From Escherichia phage moha, in the sequence record MN850590.1: DNA of 64,000 bases; one strand, 5' to 3'. Under the pieces are notes generated by a model. The model searched no databases and was not told the DNA's origin. It saw nothing but the letters and a program-made list of their open reading frames with translations. Positions 36,173-45,747 of this stretch are shown here, piece after piece (the first letter of the stretch is position 1; each line of letters begins with the position of its first letter). The position numbers were made by a program, and so were the translations under genes.

Positions 36173-36919
36173 ATGTTATCAAATAATAAAATTAACAAAA
36201 TCAATCGTCGTCTTGACCACACCAGAGCTTCTGCGAAGAGACGCTCTAAGGATTTTAACTTAGACTTTAATTACCTTAAAAACATTCTTGATCAAAAGGT
36301 CTGCGCTTACTCAGGTGAATCTTTTAATAACTCTGTTGAAGGTGAGAAATTATCCTTAGAACGTTTTAATAATGATATAGGCTACATTAAAGGTAATGTT
36401 ATCCCAGTTAAGAAAAAATATAACACGGCTCGTTCTGATTTAACACTAGAAGAACTTATTGAGAAACGTGACGCTGTTGCAAGACGTATTGCTAATCCTT
36501 CTGCCCGTAAAGTAGAGAAACTTAATCTCGACGAGAAGAAATGGGCCCAAATTAAAAAGGTTTACGGTACTATTTTAAAAATCCGAGCAAAACGTGAAAA
36601 TCGTGTTAAGCATATGGCGAACATGATGAAAAATCAACCTTTATCTAACGAATCTAAACTTAGAATTGTTGCTTTGAAAGCACGCATTAATGGCTCACAT
36701 CAAGCAGAAGGCCATGAACTTACTAAACTCAACGTTCTTCTTAAAGGCTCTGACTGGAAAACTAAAACTAAATTAACTGACGCTGAATCGCTTTTCGATA
36801 CATATGATAAAGTTATCCAAGGTCTGCAACGTTTTGAAAAGATTGGTTTCATTGGTAAATTAAAATTGAAACGTGGCTTACCACTTAGCGCATCATTATT
36901 CCAACTGATTAAAGGTTAA
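36173..36919 (+). CDS. Hypothetical basic protein (position of T4 srd)
   Basis: 248-aa ORF; identity by position only. Confidence 0.5.
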   Translation: MLSNNKINKINRRLDHTRASAKRRSKDFNLDFNYLKNILDQKVCAYSGESFNNSVEGEKLSLERFNNDIGYIKGNVIPVKKKYNTARSDLTLEELIEKRDAVARRIANPSARKVEKLNLDEKKWAQIKKVYGTILKIRAKRENRVKHMANMMKNQPLSNESKLRIVALKARINGSHQAEGHELTKLNVLLKGSDWKTKTKLTDAESLFDTYDKVIQGLQRFEKIGFIGKLKLKRGLPLSASLFQLIKG

Positions 36920-36921
36920 TT

Positions 36922-37233
36922 ATGGTTTATGTATATGCAATAGTTTATCGAGATATGGAAGGATTTACTGTCCCGGTTCCACTTGATGAGCATCGTCCTG
37001 CAGTATTTTTTAGAAAGGATATTGCAGATAAAGTTTTCGATACTTTGAAAACACAGTATAAAACAGATTTAAAAATGGGAGTTCTAAGAATGGTCGAAAC
37101 TCCGCGTAAGTTCTGGTTTAATAAGCTTGAAATGAAACACGTTAAACTAGATGCGGAGACGCAAAGATTGTATCAACGAATCCTAGACACAGGCCGTATT
37201 GTTAGTATTCCAATTGCAGGGACTTTACGATGA
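36922..37233 (+). CDS. Hypothetical protein (dda.1 position)
   Basis: 103-aa ORF. Confidence 0.5.
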   Translation: MVYVYAIVYRDMEGFTVPVPLDEHRPAVFFRKDIADKVFDTLKTQYKTDLKMGVLRMVETPRKFWFNKLEMKHVKLDAETQRLYQRILDTGRIVSIPIAGTLR

Positions 37234-38543
37234 CATTTGATGATTTGACTGAAGGCCAGAAAAACGCCTTCAACGTTGTTATGGAAGCTATTAAAGAAAA
37301 GAAACATCATGTAACTATTAATGGACCGGCTGGTACAGGTAAAACAACACTTACTAGATTTATTGTTGAAGCTCTTATTTCTTCAGGAGAATCAGGTATT
37401 ATTTTAGCAGCCCCTACACATGCTGCTAAAAAGGTTCTAAGCAAACTTGCTGGTCAAGAAGCATCGACTATTCATAGCATTCTTAAAATCAACCCAACTA
37501 CATACGAAGAAAACGTATTGTTTGAACAGAAAAAGGTTCCCGACTTAGCCTTGTGTCGTGTACTGTTATTTGATGAAGCGTCAATGTGCGACCGTTCTCT
37601 GTTTAAAATAATGTTAGCTAGTATCCCTAAATGGTGTACAGTAATTGGAATCGGCGACAGATGCCAGATTCGTCCGGTAGACCCAGGCGAATCAACTGCG
37701 TATCTAAGTCCTTTCTTCACTCACAAAGACTTCGTGCAATGCAACCTTACAGAAGTTAAACGTAGCAATGCACCAATTATTGATGTTGCGACTGATATTC
37801 GTAATGGCAAATGGATTTATGATAAAGTAGTTGATGGGCACGGTGTTCATGGATATACAGACCTTAAATCGTATATGATGAACTATTTTAACGTCGTTAA
37901 AACTCCTGAAGACCTTTTCGAAAATCGAATGATGGCATTCACAAATAAGTCGGTGGATAAGTTAAATTCAATTATTCGCCGAAAACTTCTTGAAACAGAA
38001 AAACCATTTATTAAAGACGAAGTCATTGTTCTACAAGAGCCGTTTACTAAGACGTACAAGCTAGATGGTAAAAATATGACCGAAATGCTTTTCAATAACG
38101 GGCAATTCGTTCGTATTCGAGATGCTGTAGAAACGTCTACATTCGTTAAAGCACGTGGTGTTTCAGGCGAATATATGATACGATACTGGAATCTTACAGT
38201 AGAAACATATGGTGATGATGAAGAATACATCCGCGAGGATATAAAGGTTATTTCTTCTGAAGAAGAGCTTTATAAATTCAATTTGTTTTTGGCTAAGACC
38301 GCAGAAACATACAAATTCTGGAATAAAGGTGGTAAAGCCCCATGGAGCGAATTCTGGGATGCTAAACGCATGTTCACTAAGGTGAAGGCACTACCTGTAT
38401 CAACCTTCCATAAGGCCCAGGGTATATCTGTTGACACGGCCTTTGTTTATACACCGTGTATCCATTATGCCGATTCAGAATTAGCCAAACAATTACTATA
38501 TGTCGGCACTACTCGTGGTCGTTTTGACGTCCATTTTATTTGA
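37230..38543 (+). CDS. dda: SF1 DNA helicase Dda
   Basis: Walker A INGPAGTGKTT, Walker B LLFDEASM; 437 aa. Confidence 0.85.
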   Translation: MTFDDLTEGQKNAFNVVMEAIKEKKHHVTINGPAGTGKTTLTRFIVEALISSGESGIILAAPTHAAKKVLSKLAGQEASTIHSILKINPTTYEENVLFEQKKVPDLALCRVLLFDEASMCDRSLFKIMLASIPKWCTVIGIGDRCQIRPVDPGESTAYLSPFFTHKDFVQCNLTEVKRSNAPIIDVATDIRNGKWIYDKVVDGHGVHGYTDLKSYMMNYFNVVKTPEDLFENRMMAFTNKSVDKLNSIIRRKLLETEKPFIKDEVIVLQEPFTKTYKLDGKNMTEMLFNNGQFVRIRDAVETSTFVKARGVSGEYMIRYWNLTVETYGDDEEYIREDIKVISSEEELYKFNLFLAKTAETYKFWNKGGKAPWSEFWDAKRMFTKVKALPVSTFHKAQGISVDTAFVYTPCIHYADSELAKQLLYVGTTRGRFDVHFI

Positions 38544-38552
38544 GAGAAAATT

Positions 38553-39230
38553 ATGAGCACTGATGTTATTATAGATTTTGAAACATTCGGCAATACATCA
38601 AAAGCGGCTGTTATTGACCTTGCGGTTATTGCATATAATTCGGACCCTGAAGTTGTTGAAACATTTGAAGAACTTGTTCAACGAGGTAAGCGAATTAAAT
38701 TTAATTTAGCTTCTCAAAAAGGGAAGCGAGTTTTCGCTAAATCAACTATGAAATGGTGGAAAGAACAATCGGCTGAAGCGCGTAAAAACTTGGCCCCGTC
38801 TGAAGACGATGTCACTACGCTTGAAGGCATTAAAATCTTTTTAGATTATTGTCGAGCTAATAAAGTTGACCAATGGAAATCACAGATGTGGTGCCGTGGT
38901 ATGAGCTTTGACTTCCCGATCTTGGTCGATTTGATTCGTGACCTCTATCGTGATGAAGGTGTTCTTGAACCAGATATTGATACTGATAAATTAGAACCTG
39001 TTAAATTCTGGGCTCAACGTGATATTCGTACGGCAATCGAAGCTTACTCGTTGACACGAGGATTAAGTATGTGTCCATTACCGATGGGTACGCTAAAAGG
39101 ATTCGTTGCTCATGATAGTATTCATGATTGTGCTAAAGATATTTTGATGTTAAAATATGCTCAGCGTTATGCGCTTGGCCTTGAAGATGTCCCTGAGAAT
39201 CCTGACCCGTTAAGTGTAAAACAGCGATAA
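38553..39230 (+). CDS. dexA: Exonuclease A (DEDD-type)
   Basis: N-terminal IIDFETFG exo motif; 225 aa; position after dda. Confidence 0.7.
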   Translation: MSTDVIIDFETFGNTSKAAVIDLAVIAYNSDPEVVETFEELVQRGKRIKFNLASQKGKRVFAKSTMKWWKEQSAEARKNLAPSEDDVTTLEGIKIFLDYCRANKVDQWKSQMWCRGMSFDFPILVDLIRDLYRDEGVLEPDIDTDKLEPVKFWAQRDIRTAIEAYSLTRGLSMCPLPMGTLKGFVAHDSIHDCAKDILMLKYAQRYALGLEDVPENPDPLSVKQR

Positions 39231-39235
39231 AATCA

Positions 39236-39265
39236 GTTTACAACCAAGGATGGTTGGAGTATAAT
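39236..39265 (+). promoter_or_regulatory. Early-type promoter (copy 1 of duplicated unit)
   Basis: -35 GTTTAC, -10 TATAAT; CCAAGGATGGTTGGAGTATAATG. Confidence 0.5.
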
Positions 39266-39296
39266 GAATCTATCTTAACCAAACAGGAAAAACATT

Positions 39297-39791
39297 ATGA
39301 ATATCAATACTACGGCTACTTACATCCTGAAAGACGAAAAACAAATCAACTGGTACGGTGCTTCAGTGCGAGCTTATGAAAAGTTTTGTGAAATTTTAGG
39401 TGCCACTCAAGGTAATAGTTTCACTATTGTTAACTTCATCAAACAAGCTGAAGGCCCTTGGTTATTCTTAGAAATTAAAAATTCACACGGTACAATTTCT
39501 ACTACCGCCATTCCAAGCACCGACTTTGAACTGTTGATTGAAGAAGTAGAACCTGTTAAAGACATCTGTATTGATACGGATATCGCTTGTATGTACGGTA
39601 CTCTGATTAAGCCTATTGAGCCTACTGATTTGCTGTGTAAATATGTTTCAATTCGACGCCCATTCGCTGGTCCAGTAAATGGATGGGTAACTGATCAGTG
39701 GATTGAAGACGGTGTTGAACTTCTGAACGTTGTTCATGCAGGTGATTTTAGTGTAGTTCCACGTAGTGCTGTGGTTAATATTCTAAATTAA
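39297..39791 (+). CDS. Hypothetical protein, tandem paralog family member A
   Basis: C-terminal block WVTDQWIEDGVELLNVVHAGDFSVVP shared with next two genes. Confidence 0.5.
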   Translation: MNINTTATYILKDEKQINWYGASVRAYEKFCEILGATQGNSFTIVNFIKQAEGPWLFLEIKNSHGTISTTAIPSTDFELLIEEVEPVKDICIDTDIACMYGTLIKPIEPTDLLCKYVSIRRPFAGPVNGWVTDQWIEDGVELLNVVHAGDFSVVPRSAVVNILN

Positions 39792-39793
39792 TG

Positions 39794-39823
39794 TTGTACA
39801 TCCAAGGATGGATGGAGTATAGT
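39794..39823 (+). promoter_or_regulatory. Early-type promoter (copy 2 of duplicated unit)
   Basis: CCAAGGATGGATGGAGTATAGTG nearly identical to 39242-39264. Confidence 0.45.
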
Positions 39824-39851
39824 GAATTCAATTTAAACAAAGAGAGAAATT

Positions 39852-40316
39852 ATGATTACTATTGGTGAAATTAAGCGTGTATCGACAGCGTCTCGTTCTA
39901 AAGCTGCAGGAAAGCTGGTTGAAGTAGTAGGACTTCGTACTAATGGCATGGGCCGTATTAAAGAAGTTAAAGTTCGAATCATTCCTAGTTCTGGAAAAAC
40001 TGAAACTCAGTTCGCCTATGTAAGTCCTAAATTCTTGGAAACTCGTGTAAGTGCCCACTTTGCTTCAAGCGATATCGTTGAGCCTACTACACAGTTCAAA
40101 TGGGCCTTATGTAAAGGTGTTGAATTCCAGACTGATAAAGAATTTGACTTCATCGATGAATACGGTTATCCAAGCAAAACTGATACTATGTGTGGCTTCA
40201 TTAGCGACCAATGGGTTGAAGATGGTAAAAAGCTATACAATATTGTATTCTTAGGTGACTTCCGAGTTGTTGAAGAATCTGAAATCACTCGCTATGTGTC
40301 TCCTCGTAAAGCTTAA
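39852..40316 (+). CDS. Hypothetical protein, tandem paralog family member B
   Basis: ASRSKAAGKLVEV and FISDQWVEDGKKLYNIVFLGDFRVV blocks. Confidence 0.5.
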   Translation: MITIGEIKRVSTASRSKAAGKLVEVVGLRTNGMGRIKEVKVRIIPSSGKTETQFAYVSPKFLETRVSAHFASSDIVEPTTQFKWALCKGVEFQTDKEFDFIDEYGYPSKTDTMCGFISDQWVEDGKKLYNIVFLGDFRVVEESEITRYVSPRKA

Positions 40317-40325
40317 GGAATTATT

Positions 40326-40745
40326 ATGAATATTGTAAATCTCTCTACAGGTGATTACGTACACGTATCGGATGCTTCTCGCTCTAAAGTTGCCGGGAAG
40401 TTGGTTGAAGTTCTTTCTGTGAGTGATCCGGTTTTTGGACGTAACGAAGTTAAAGTTCGTGACGCCGATGGTAACATTGGTTACGTCTCAAGCCAGTTCA
40501 TTGAACCAGAAGAAAAAGCGTTCAAATGGAAACTGTGCAGGTCAGTTTTAGTTGTAAAAGATCATGAATTTACTATTGCTGCCGCAACTGATGGGTCTCC
40601 ATGGACAACGAATCAAGTCGCTGGTTTTATTTCAGACCAATGGGTTGAAGATGGTGTTAAGCTTTATAACATCGTTTTCGCCGGACAGTTCATGGTAGTT
40701 CCTGAATTCCAAATCAAAGGATATAGCCAAGCATCTTTTGCATAA
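40326..40745 (+). CDS. Hypothetical protein, tandem paralog family member C
   Basis: ASRSKVAGKLVEV and FISDQWVEDGVKLYNIVFAGQFMVVP blocks. Confidence 0.5.
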   Translation: MNIVNLSTGDYVHVSDASRSKVAGKLVEVLSVSDPVFGRNEVKVRDADGNIGYVSSQFIEPEEKAFKWKLCRSVLVVKDHEFTIAAATDGSPWTTNQVAGFISDQWVEDGVKLYNIVFAGQFMVVPEFQIKGYSQASFA

Positions 40746-40749
40746 AGTA

Positions 40750-40798
40750 GTTTACTTCTCCTCTGGTTTTGATATTATAACCATATCAACCAGAGGAG
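40750..40798 (+). promoter_or_regulatory. Early-type promoter embedded in 11-bp inverted repeat that includes the downstream SD
   Basis: -35 GTTTAC 40750-40755, -10 TATTAT 40773-40778; arms CTCCTCTGGTT (40758-40768) and AACCAGAGGAG (40788-40798). Confidence 0.55.
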
Positions 40799-40804
40799 AA
40801 TAAT

Positions 40805-41329
40805 ATGTTAGTTTACCGCGTAGAACGTAGTTTTTGTACTCAACGTGAATCATTACCCGGAATTGCTATCGAAGACGGTAAAGCCGTCAGAATTTGGGAA
40901 ACCTCTTGGAATAAAGAACCTCGCTCGCCGTACGGTTGGTCGGGTACCGACAACTCTGAAGAAACATGGGAGTTCCTTGATAAACACGGAATACTCTCAG
41001 GTAACTTCTACCATCACGGCGACAACTATAATGTCCCTAATCGTCCTACAGTAAATGAAGACAAACTCCTTGAACAAAATATCTTAAGATACTATAGAAT
41101 TGAGCACACATTTGAATTGAGTGAAGATTGGGCTCAAGGGTTCTATTTTGGATTTGAAAGTGTTGACGCGGTTTATACATGGTTTGATGACCAGGTGGAT
41201 GTTGAACTCTTGAAAGCTAAAGGATACTACATCGCGGTCTATGAAGCACCTGATTTCATACTCGGAAGTTGTCAATTAATGTTCAGACGTTCATTAGCAG
41301 AACAAGTTGATTTTATTTTGCTAAAATGA
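40805..41329 (+). CDS. Hypothetical protein
   Basis: 174-aa ORF with GAGGAG RBS. Confidence 0.5.
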   Translation: MLVYRVERSFCTQRESLPGIAIEDGKAVRIWETSWNKEPRSPYGWSGTDNSEETWEFLDKHGILSGNFYHHGDNYNVPNRPTVNEDKLLEQNILRYYRIEHTFELSEDWAQGFYFGFESVDAVYTWFDDQVDVELLKAKGYYIAVYEAPDFILGSCQLMFRRSLAEQVDFILLK

Positions 41330-41386
41330 TGTACAACAACTATGGTCTATGATACTATAGACCTATCAAAACAAGAGGAGAATATT

Positions 41387-41614
41387 ATGAAACGTCAAAT
41401 CATTAAAAACGTAACTACTGATTCAAACATCGATGAGTTTGAAGATGTTCTGTTTAATCCTGATTTAGTTGTTGTACAGAAAAACTGGACTGAATTTTTA
41501 TGCTACACTGAAGTGGTTTACGTTTACGAAAAACTCGGCGATGAAATGCCTATCTATGGTATCTTCCGTGAAATCACTGAAAATGGTACAACTTATTGGA
41601 AGGAAACTTACTAA
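41387..41614 (+). CDS. Hypothetical protein
   Basis: ATG 41387 after AGAGGAG. Confidence 0.45.
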   Translation: MKRQIIKNVTTDSNIDEFEDVLFNPDLVVVQKNWTEFLCYTEVVYVYEKLGDEMPIYGIFREITENGTTYWKETY

Positions 41615-42027
41615 TGGCTAATAAATTCCGCGTTAACTCACGGTACCAATTTAAAGATAAACGTGCCCAAGAAGAGTTTATTAAAGACCACACTGATAAT
41701 GGGATTTATGCACGACGTCTTGGCATGGAACCATTTAAAGTATTAGATGTTGACCATCTTGGTCGTCCTACTAAAATTGTGACATCTACCGGCATGGTTG
41801 GATACGCAACAGGCGGTGATATCCTTGATGAAAACTTTATCTGGCTCTCCACGAATGAAGCAGAATTCTTTGACGAAGTTGGAAATCCATATCAAGCGTC
41901 CGAAGAGCAAGATTCTGGTGAACTTGATGAATTGTCTGAATTTCCGGTGATGACGATTACTATCGAAAATAACGACCAGGCATGGTCTTTGTATCAAATG
42001 TTGAAAGCTCACTTTAAGGAACAATAA
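41614..42027 (+). CDS. Hypothetical acidic protein
   Basis: taATG overlap. Confidence 0.45.
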   Translation: MANKFRVNSRYQFKDKRAQEEFIKDHTDNGIYARRLGMEPFKVLDVDHLGRPTKIVTSTGMVGYATGGDILDENFIWLSTNEAEFFDEVGNPYQASEEQDSGELDELSEFPVMTITIENNDQAWSLYQMLKAHFKEQ

Positions 42028-42206
42028 TGCCGTTATACGACTATAAATGTCAATCTGAAGATTGTGGTCATGAATATGAAAAAATTAAAAGAATTTCTGA
42101 ACGAGAAAACGATGTTTGCCCTGAATGTCATCGTCTGTCTACTCGTCGGGTTTCTGCTCCTAAACATGTGAACGGTGGTTTTTACGACTTACTTAAGAAG
42201 GGTTAA
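42027..42206 (+). CDS. Small zinc-ribbon protein (FmdB-like, 59 aa)
   Basis: CQSEDCGH...CPECH four-Cys ribbon; below ORF-track cutoff. Confidence 0.4.
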   Translation: MPLYDYKCQSEDCGHEYEKIKRISERENDVCPECHRLSTRRVSAPKHVNGGFYDLLKKG

Positions 42207-42208
42207 TT

Positions 42209-42631
42209 ATGGCTTTTAAAGGTTTTGAAGTTGGTAAGAAATATCGTATTATTAAAGGACAGGAAGATAATTTCTTGAGAATTCTTAATACGACTGGTAA
42301 ACGTCTTAACACTACTCTGCATACAGTTTTATTATCAAGAGATTTTATTGTAGAAGAGATGATTGGTTATGGTGTTTCAATGATTGCCGCTGAAACCGAT
42401 GGACCTGGACGTACAATCATTAGTATGCAAGGTGATATTCTAATTTACGGTGCAGAATTTAAATTCTTTGAAGAAGTTCCTGAATCAGATACAGCCGTAG
42501 ATTTCAAAAAAGGCTCTATAGAATTTGTTGATGGTTCGGTGATCGTATCAGGTGATGTGGTCATTACAGTTAAAAGTGAACAAGGGCGTTTGGCTGCAAT
42601 TGATGCACTTCAGAAAATTAAATTTAAATAA
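42209..42631 (+). CDS. Hypothetical protein
   Basis: 140-aa ORF; terminator follows. Confidence 0.5.
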   Translation: MAFKGFEVGKKYRIIKGQEDNFLRILNTTGKRLNTTLHTVLLSRDFIVEEMIGYGVSMIAAETDGPGRTIISMQGDILIYGAEFKFFEEVPESDTAVDFKKGSIEFVDGSVIVSGDVVITVKSEQGRLAAIDALQKIKFK

Positions 42632-42648
42632 GGGCTTCGGCCCTTTTT
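42632..42648 (+). terminator. Intrinsic terminator
   Basis: GGGC-TTCG-GCCC followed by TTTTT. Confidence 0.7.
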
Positions 42649-42672
42649 GCTTTAGATTTCGGATGATAGAAT
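42648..42672 (+). promoter_or_regulatory. MotA-dependent middle promoter upstream of gene 39
   Basis: TGCTTTA (42648-42654), 12-nt spacer, -10 TAGAAT (42667-42672). Confidence 0.5.
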
Positions 42673-42694
42673 ACCTTCATAACGAGGAGACAAC

Positions 42695-44512
42695 ATGATT
42701 AAAAATGAAATTAAGGTATTGTCAGATGTAGAACATATTAAGAAACGTAGTGGTATGTATATTGGTTCTTCTGCTAAAGAAGCACATGAGCGTTTTTTGT
42801 TTGGTAAATATCAACAAGTTGAATATGTTCCTGGTCTGGTTAAATTAATCGATGAGATTATTGACAACTCGGTTGATGAATCTATTCGTACATCATTTAA
42901 GTTTGCAAATAAAATTGATGTGCAAATTAAAAATAATCAAGTTTCGGTGGAAGATAACGGACGTGGTATTCCTCAAGGTTTAGTTACCGACCAAACAGGT
43001 GAACAAATTCCTGGGCCTGTAGCAGCCTGGACTATTCCAAAGGCTGGTGGTAACTTTGGTGATGATTCTGAACGCAAGACTGGTGGTATGAACGGCGTCG
43101 GGAGTAGTTTAACTAATATCTTCTCTACGTTGTTTACAGGCATCACGTCAGATGGCGAAAATGAAATCACTGTTAATTGTTCAAACGGAATGGAAAACAA
43201 ATCATGGTCTTCTAAGAAATCTAAATGTAAAGGCACTAAAGTAATCTTCACTCCTGATTTCTCTTCATTTGAAGAGCATAATTTATCTCAAATTTATTTA
43301 GATATTACTTTAGACAGACTTCAAACATTGGCAGTCGTTTATCCTGATATCAAGTTCACATTTAATGGTAAAAAGGTTGATGGTAATTTTAAACGATTTG
43401 CTAAACAATTTGGTGAAGATAACATCATTCAAGAAAATGATAAAGTCTCTATAGCATTCACAACATCACCAGATGGCTTCCGTCATTTAACTTATGTGAA
43501 TAACATCCATACTAAAAATGGTGGTCATCATGTTGAATGTGTAATGGATGATATCTGCGAACATCTTTTGCCCGGTATTAAAAAGAAATATAAGGGTATT
43601 GAAGTCACTAAAGCTCGTGTTAAAGAATGTCTCACAATGTTGATGTTTATTAGAGACATGAGCAACATGCGTTTTGATTCTCAGACTAAAGAACGTTTAA
43701 CGTCAACGTATGGTGATATTCGTAATCATATCCAATTAGATGCTAAGAAAATTGCTCAGGCACTTCTTAAAAACGAAGCCTTGATTATGCCTATTGTTGA
43801 AGCAGCATTAGCTCGTAAATTGGCAGCAGAAAAGGCTGCAGAAACTAAAGCAGCTAAAAAGGCAACTAAAGCTAAGGTTCATAAGCATATTAAAGCTAAC
43901 CAATGTGGTAAAGATGCAGATACGACATTGTTTTTAACAGAAGGTGATTCGGCAATTGGTTATCTCATTGATGTTCGTGACCGTGAACTACACGGCGGAT
44001 TCCCATTACGTGGTAAGGTGATGAATAGCTGGGGTATGTCATATGCTGATATGATGAAGAACAAAGAGCTCTTTGATATCTGTGCTATCACGGGTCTTAT
44101 TCTTGGTGAAAAGGCAGAGAATACGAACTATCGTAATATTGCAATTATGACCGATGCCGATCATGACGGTCTTGGAAGTATCTATCCGGCTTTGCTTGCT
44201 TTCTTTAGTAATTGGCCTGAATTGTTTGAACAAGGACGTATTCGCTTTGTTAAAACACCTGTAATTATTGCACAAATTGGCAAAGCTCAAAAATGGTTTT
44301 ATACTGTAGCTGAGTATGAAGAAGTTAAAGATACACTGCCTAAGCATAGTATTCGATACATCAAGGGATTAGGCTCCCTTGAAAAGTCAGAATATCGTGA
44401 AATGATTCAGAACCCTGTGTACGACGTAGTTAAACTTCCTGAAAATTGGAAAGAACTCTTTGAAATGTTGATGGGTGATGATTCAGAACTTCGTAAAGAA
44501 TGGATGTCCTAA
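42695..44512 (+). CDS. 39: DNA topoisomerase II large (ATPase, GyrB-like) subunit gp39, unsplit form
   Basis: GHKL ATPase motifs (IDNSVDE, EDNGRGIP), Toprim block; 605 aa single ORF. Confidence 0.9.
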   Translation: MIKNEIKVLSDVEHIKKRSGMYIGSSAKEAHERFLFGKYQQVEYVPGLVKLIDEIIDNSVDESIRTSFKFANKIDVQIKNNQVSVEDNGRGIPQGLVTDQTGEQIPGPVAAWTIPKAGGNFGDDSERKTGGMNGVGSSLTNIFSTLFTGITSDGENEITVNCSNGMENKSWSSKKSKCKGTKVIFTPDFSSFEEHNLSQIYLDITLDRLQTLAVVYPDIKFTFNGKKVDGNFKRFAKQFGEDNIIQENDKVSIAFTTSPDGFRHLTYVNNIHTKNGGHHVECVMDDICEHLLPGIKKKYKGIEVTKARVKECLTMLMFIRDMSNMRFDSQTKERLTSTYGDIRNHIQLDAKKIAQALLKNEALIMPIVEAALARKLAAEKAAETKAAKKATKAKVHKHIKANQCGKDADTTLFLTEGDSAIGYLIDVRDRELHGGFPLRGKVMNSWGMSYADMMKNKELFDICAITGLILGEKAENTNYRNIAIMTDADHDGLGSIYPALLAFFSNWPELFEQGRIRFVKTPVIIAQIGKAQKWFYTVAEYEEVKDTLPKHSIRYIKGLGSLEKSEYREMIQNPVYDVVKLPENWKELFEMLMGDDSELRKEWMS

Positions 44513-44536
44513 GCTCCTTCGGGAGCTTCATTTTAA
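44511..44536 (+). terminator. Intrinsic terminator after gene 39
   Basis: AAGCTCC-TTCG-GGAGCTT followed by CATTTTAATTTT. Confidence 0.65.
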
Positions 44537-44554
44537 TTTTAATAAGGCTTAATT

Positions 44555-45655
44555 ATGAAAGTTATGTTTATCCCATCTCGTGCAGTCCCATTTAACCCAG
44601 AACGTGTACAAGGTGGTCTTGAAGCAGTACATTTAAATGTGTTGAAATATCTTGTGTCCATCGGTGCCGATATTGATTATATTGGTTTTGATAATGACAC
44701 ATTTGGTGATTGGAAGGTTAATCATCATCCTGTTGGTCATCTGACTAAATTCAGTCTAGGTATGAGTTATACTATGGCTCGTAAGATTGTTGAACTAGCC
44801 GGCATCCATGAATACGATTTTGTTGTTACTATGGAACCGACTAAACTAACCGTTCAGGCAATTAAAGACGCAGGTCTCTCTAAAGTTCATAAGAATTTTA
44901 TGGCAACACCATTTGAACCGGTATCTCGTGGCATTGTTCAAATTTGGGACCAGACTATTCAAATTCATAAGAATGGTGGTAAGAGTTATGCTCCTACTAA
45001 AGCCTTCCGTGAATTTGAACGTAAATATTGTTATATGACTTCAGGTCTGACTGACAAAATTGATTATGATTATTGGCGAGCAAATCCTTTGTTTGAAGCC
45101 GAAGATTATCCGGTTATTTGTTTGACTGAAAAGCCAGAAGTTCTTCCGGCGACGGATCTGATTATTAGTGCACAACGTTATGACACTAAAATGCGTCGTA
45201 CTGATGTTGCTCTTGAAGCGATTAAAGCACTAGGCGAAAATGGTGCAGGATACTGTCCAAGCAAATGGGCGCCACCGGCTAAATATCCTGTTATTATTGA
45301 TGCTCCACACAGTGAAATTATGGAACGTCTTAAAACAGCTAAAGCACTTATTAATACGTGTCCTGACACAGGTACGGTAGAGAATAGTTCTATTGAAGCC
45401 ATCTCTAAAGGTGTCCCTGTAATCCAGTTAGTTTTTAAGGATTATCCTCATGCGACATTTGAATACGACCCAGATACTGTGCGTGTAGAAATTGATTCCT
45501 CTACTCCTAAGAAAGAAGTAGTTGCGCTTTACACAAAAGCTGTATTAGAATTCACTGACACATACGAAGCTCGAGTTAAACGTGCTGAAGCAGTATGGAA
45601 GAAGTATAACCGAGATGCAGTTGTTGCGATGTGGGATAAAATCTTCACAGCGTAA
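44555..45655 (+). CDS. GT-B fold glycosyltransferase (candidate DNA sugar transferase)
   Basis: N-terminal MKVMFIPS...GG.E.V and C-terminal ENSSIEAISKGVPVIQ resembling GT-B donor-binding E-x7-E region. Confidence 0.6.
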   Translation: MKVMFIPSRAVPFNPERVQGGLEAVHLNVLKYLVSIGADIDYIGFDNDTFGDWKVNHHPVGHLTKFSLGMSYTMARKIVELAGIHEYDFVVTMEPTKLTVQAIKDAGLSKVHKNFMATPFEPVSRGIVQIWDQTIQIHKNGGKSYAPTKAFREFERKYCYMTSGLTDKIDYDYWRANPLFEAEDYPVICLTEKPEVLPATDLIISAQRYDTKMRRTDVALEAIKALGENGAGYCPSKWAPPAKYPVIIDAPHSEIMERLKTAKALINTCPDTGTVENSSIEAISKGVPVIQLVFKDYPHATFEYDPDTVRVEIDSSTPKKEVVALYTKAVLEFTDTYEARVKRAEAVWKKYNRDAVVAMWDKIFTA

Positions 45656-45747
45656 ATCCTGAATAGCCTGAGGCACTATTACACATAAGATGATAGATTA
45701 TACGGTCTTTAGTAATAGTGCCCTAGGAATCTACTGAAGAGAATATT

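Noticed and set aside
42695-44512. Gene-60-type translational bypass (50-nt hop)
   Set aside because: Single uninterrupted ORF; no take-off/landing codon pair or internal stop.
45661-45720. Inverted repeat GGCACTATTAC...GTAATAGTGCC upstream of ORF 45748
   Set aside because: The 26-nt loop and absence of a U-tract make a terminator call weak; noted only as a possible RNA structure.
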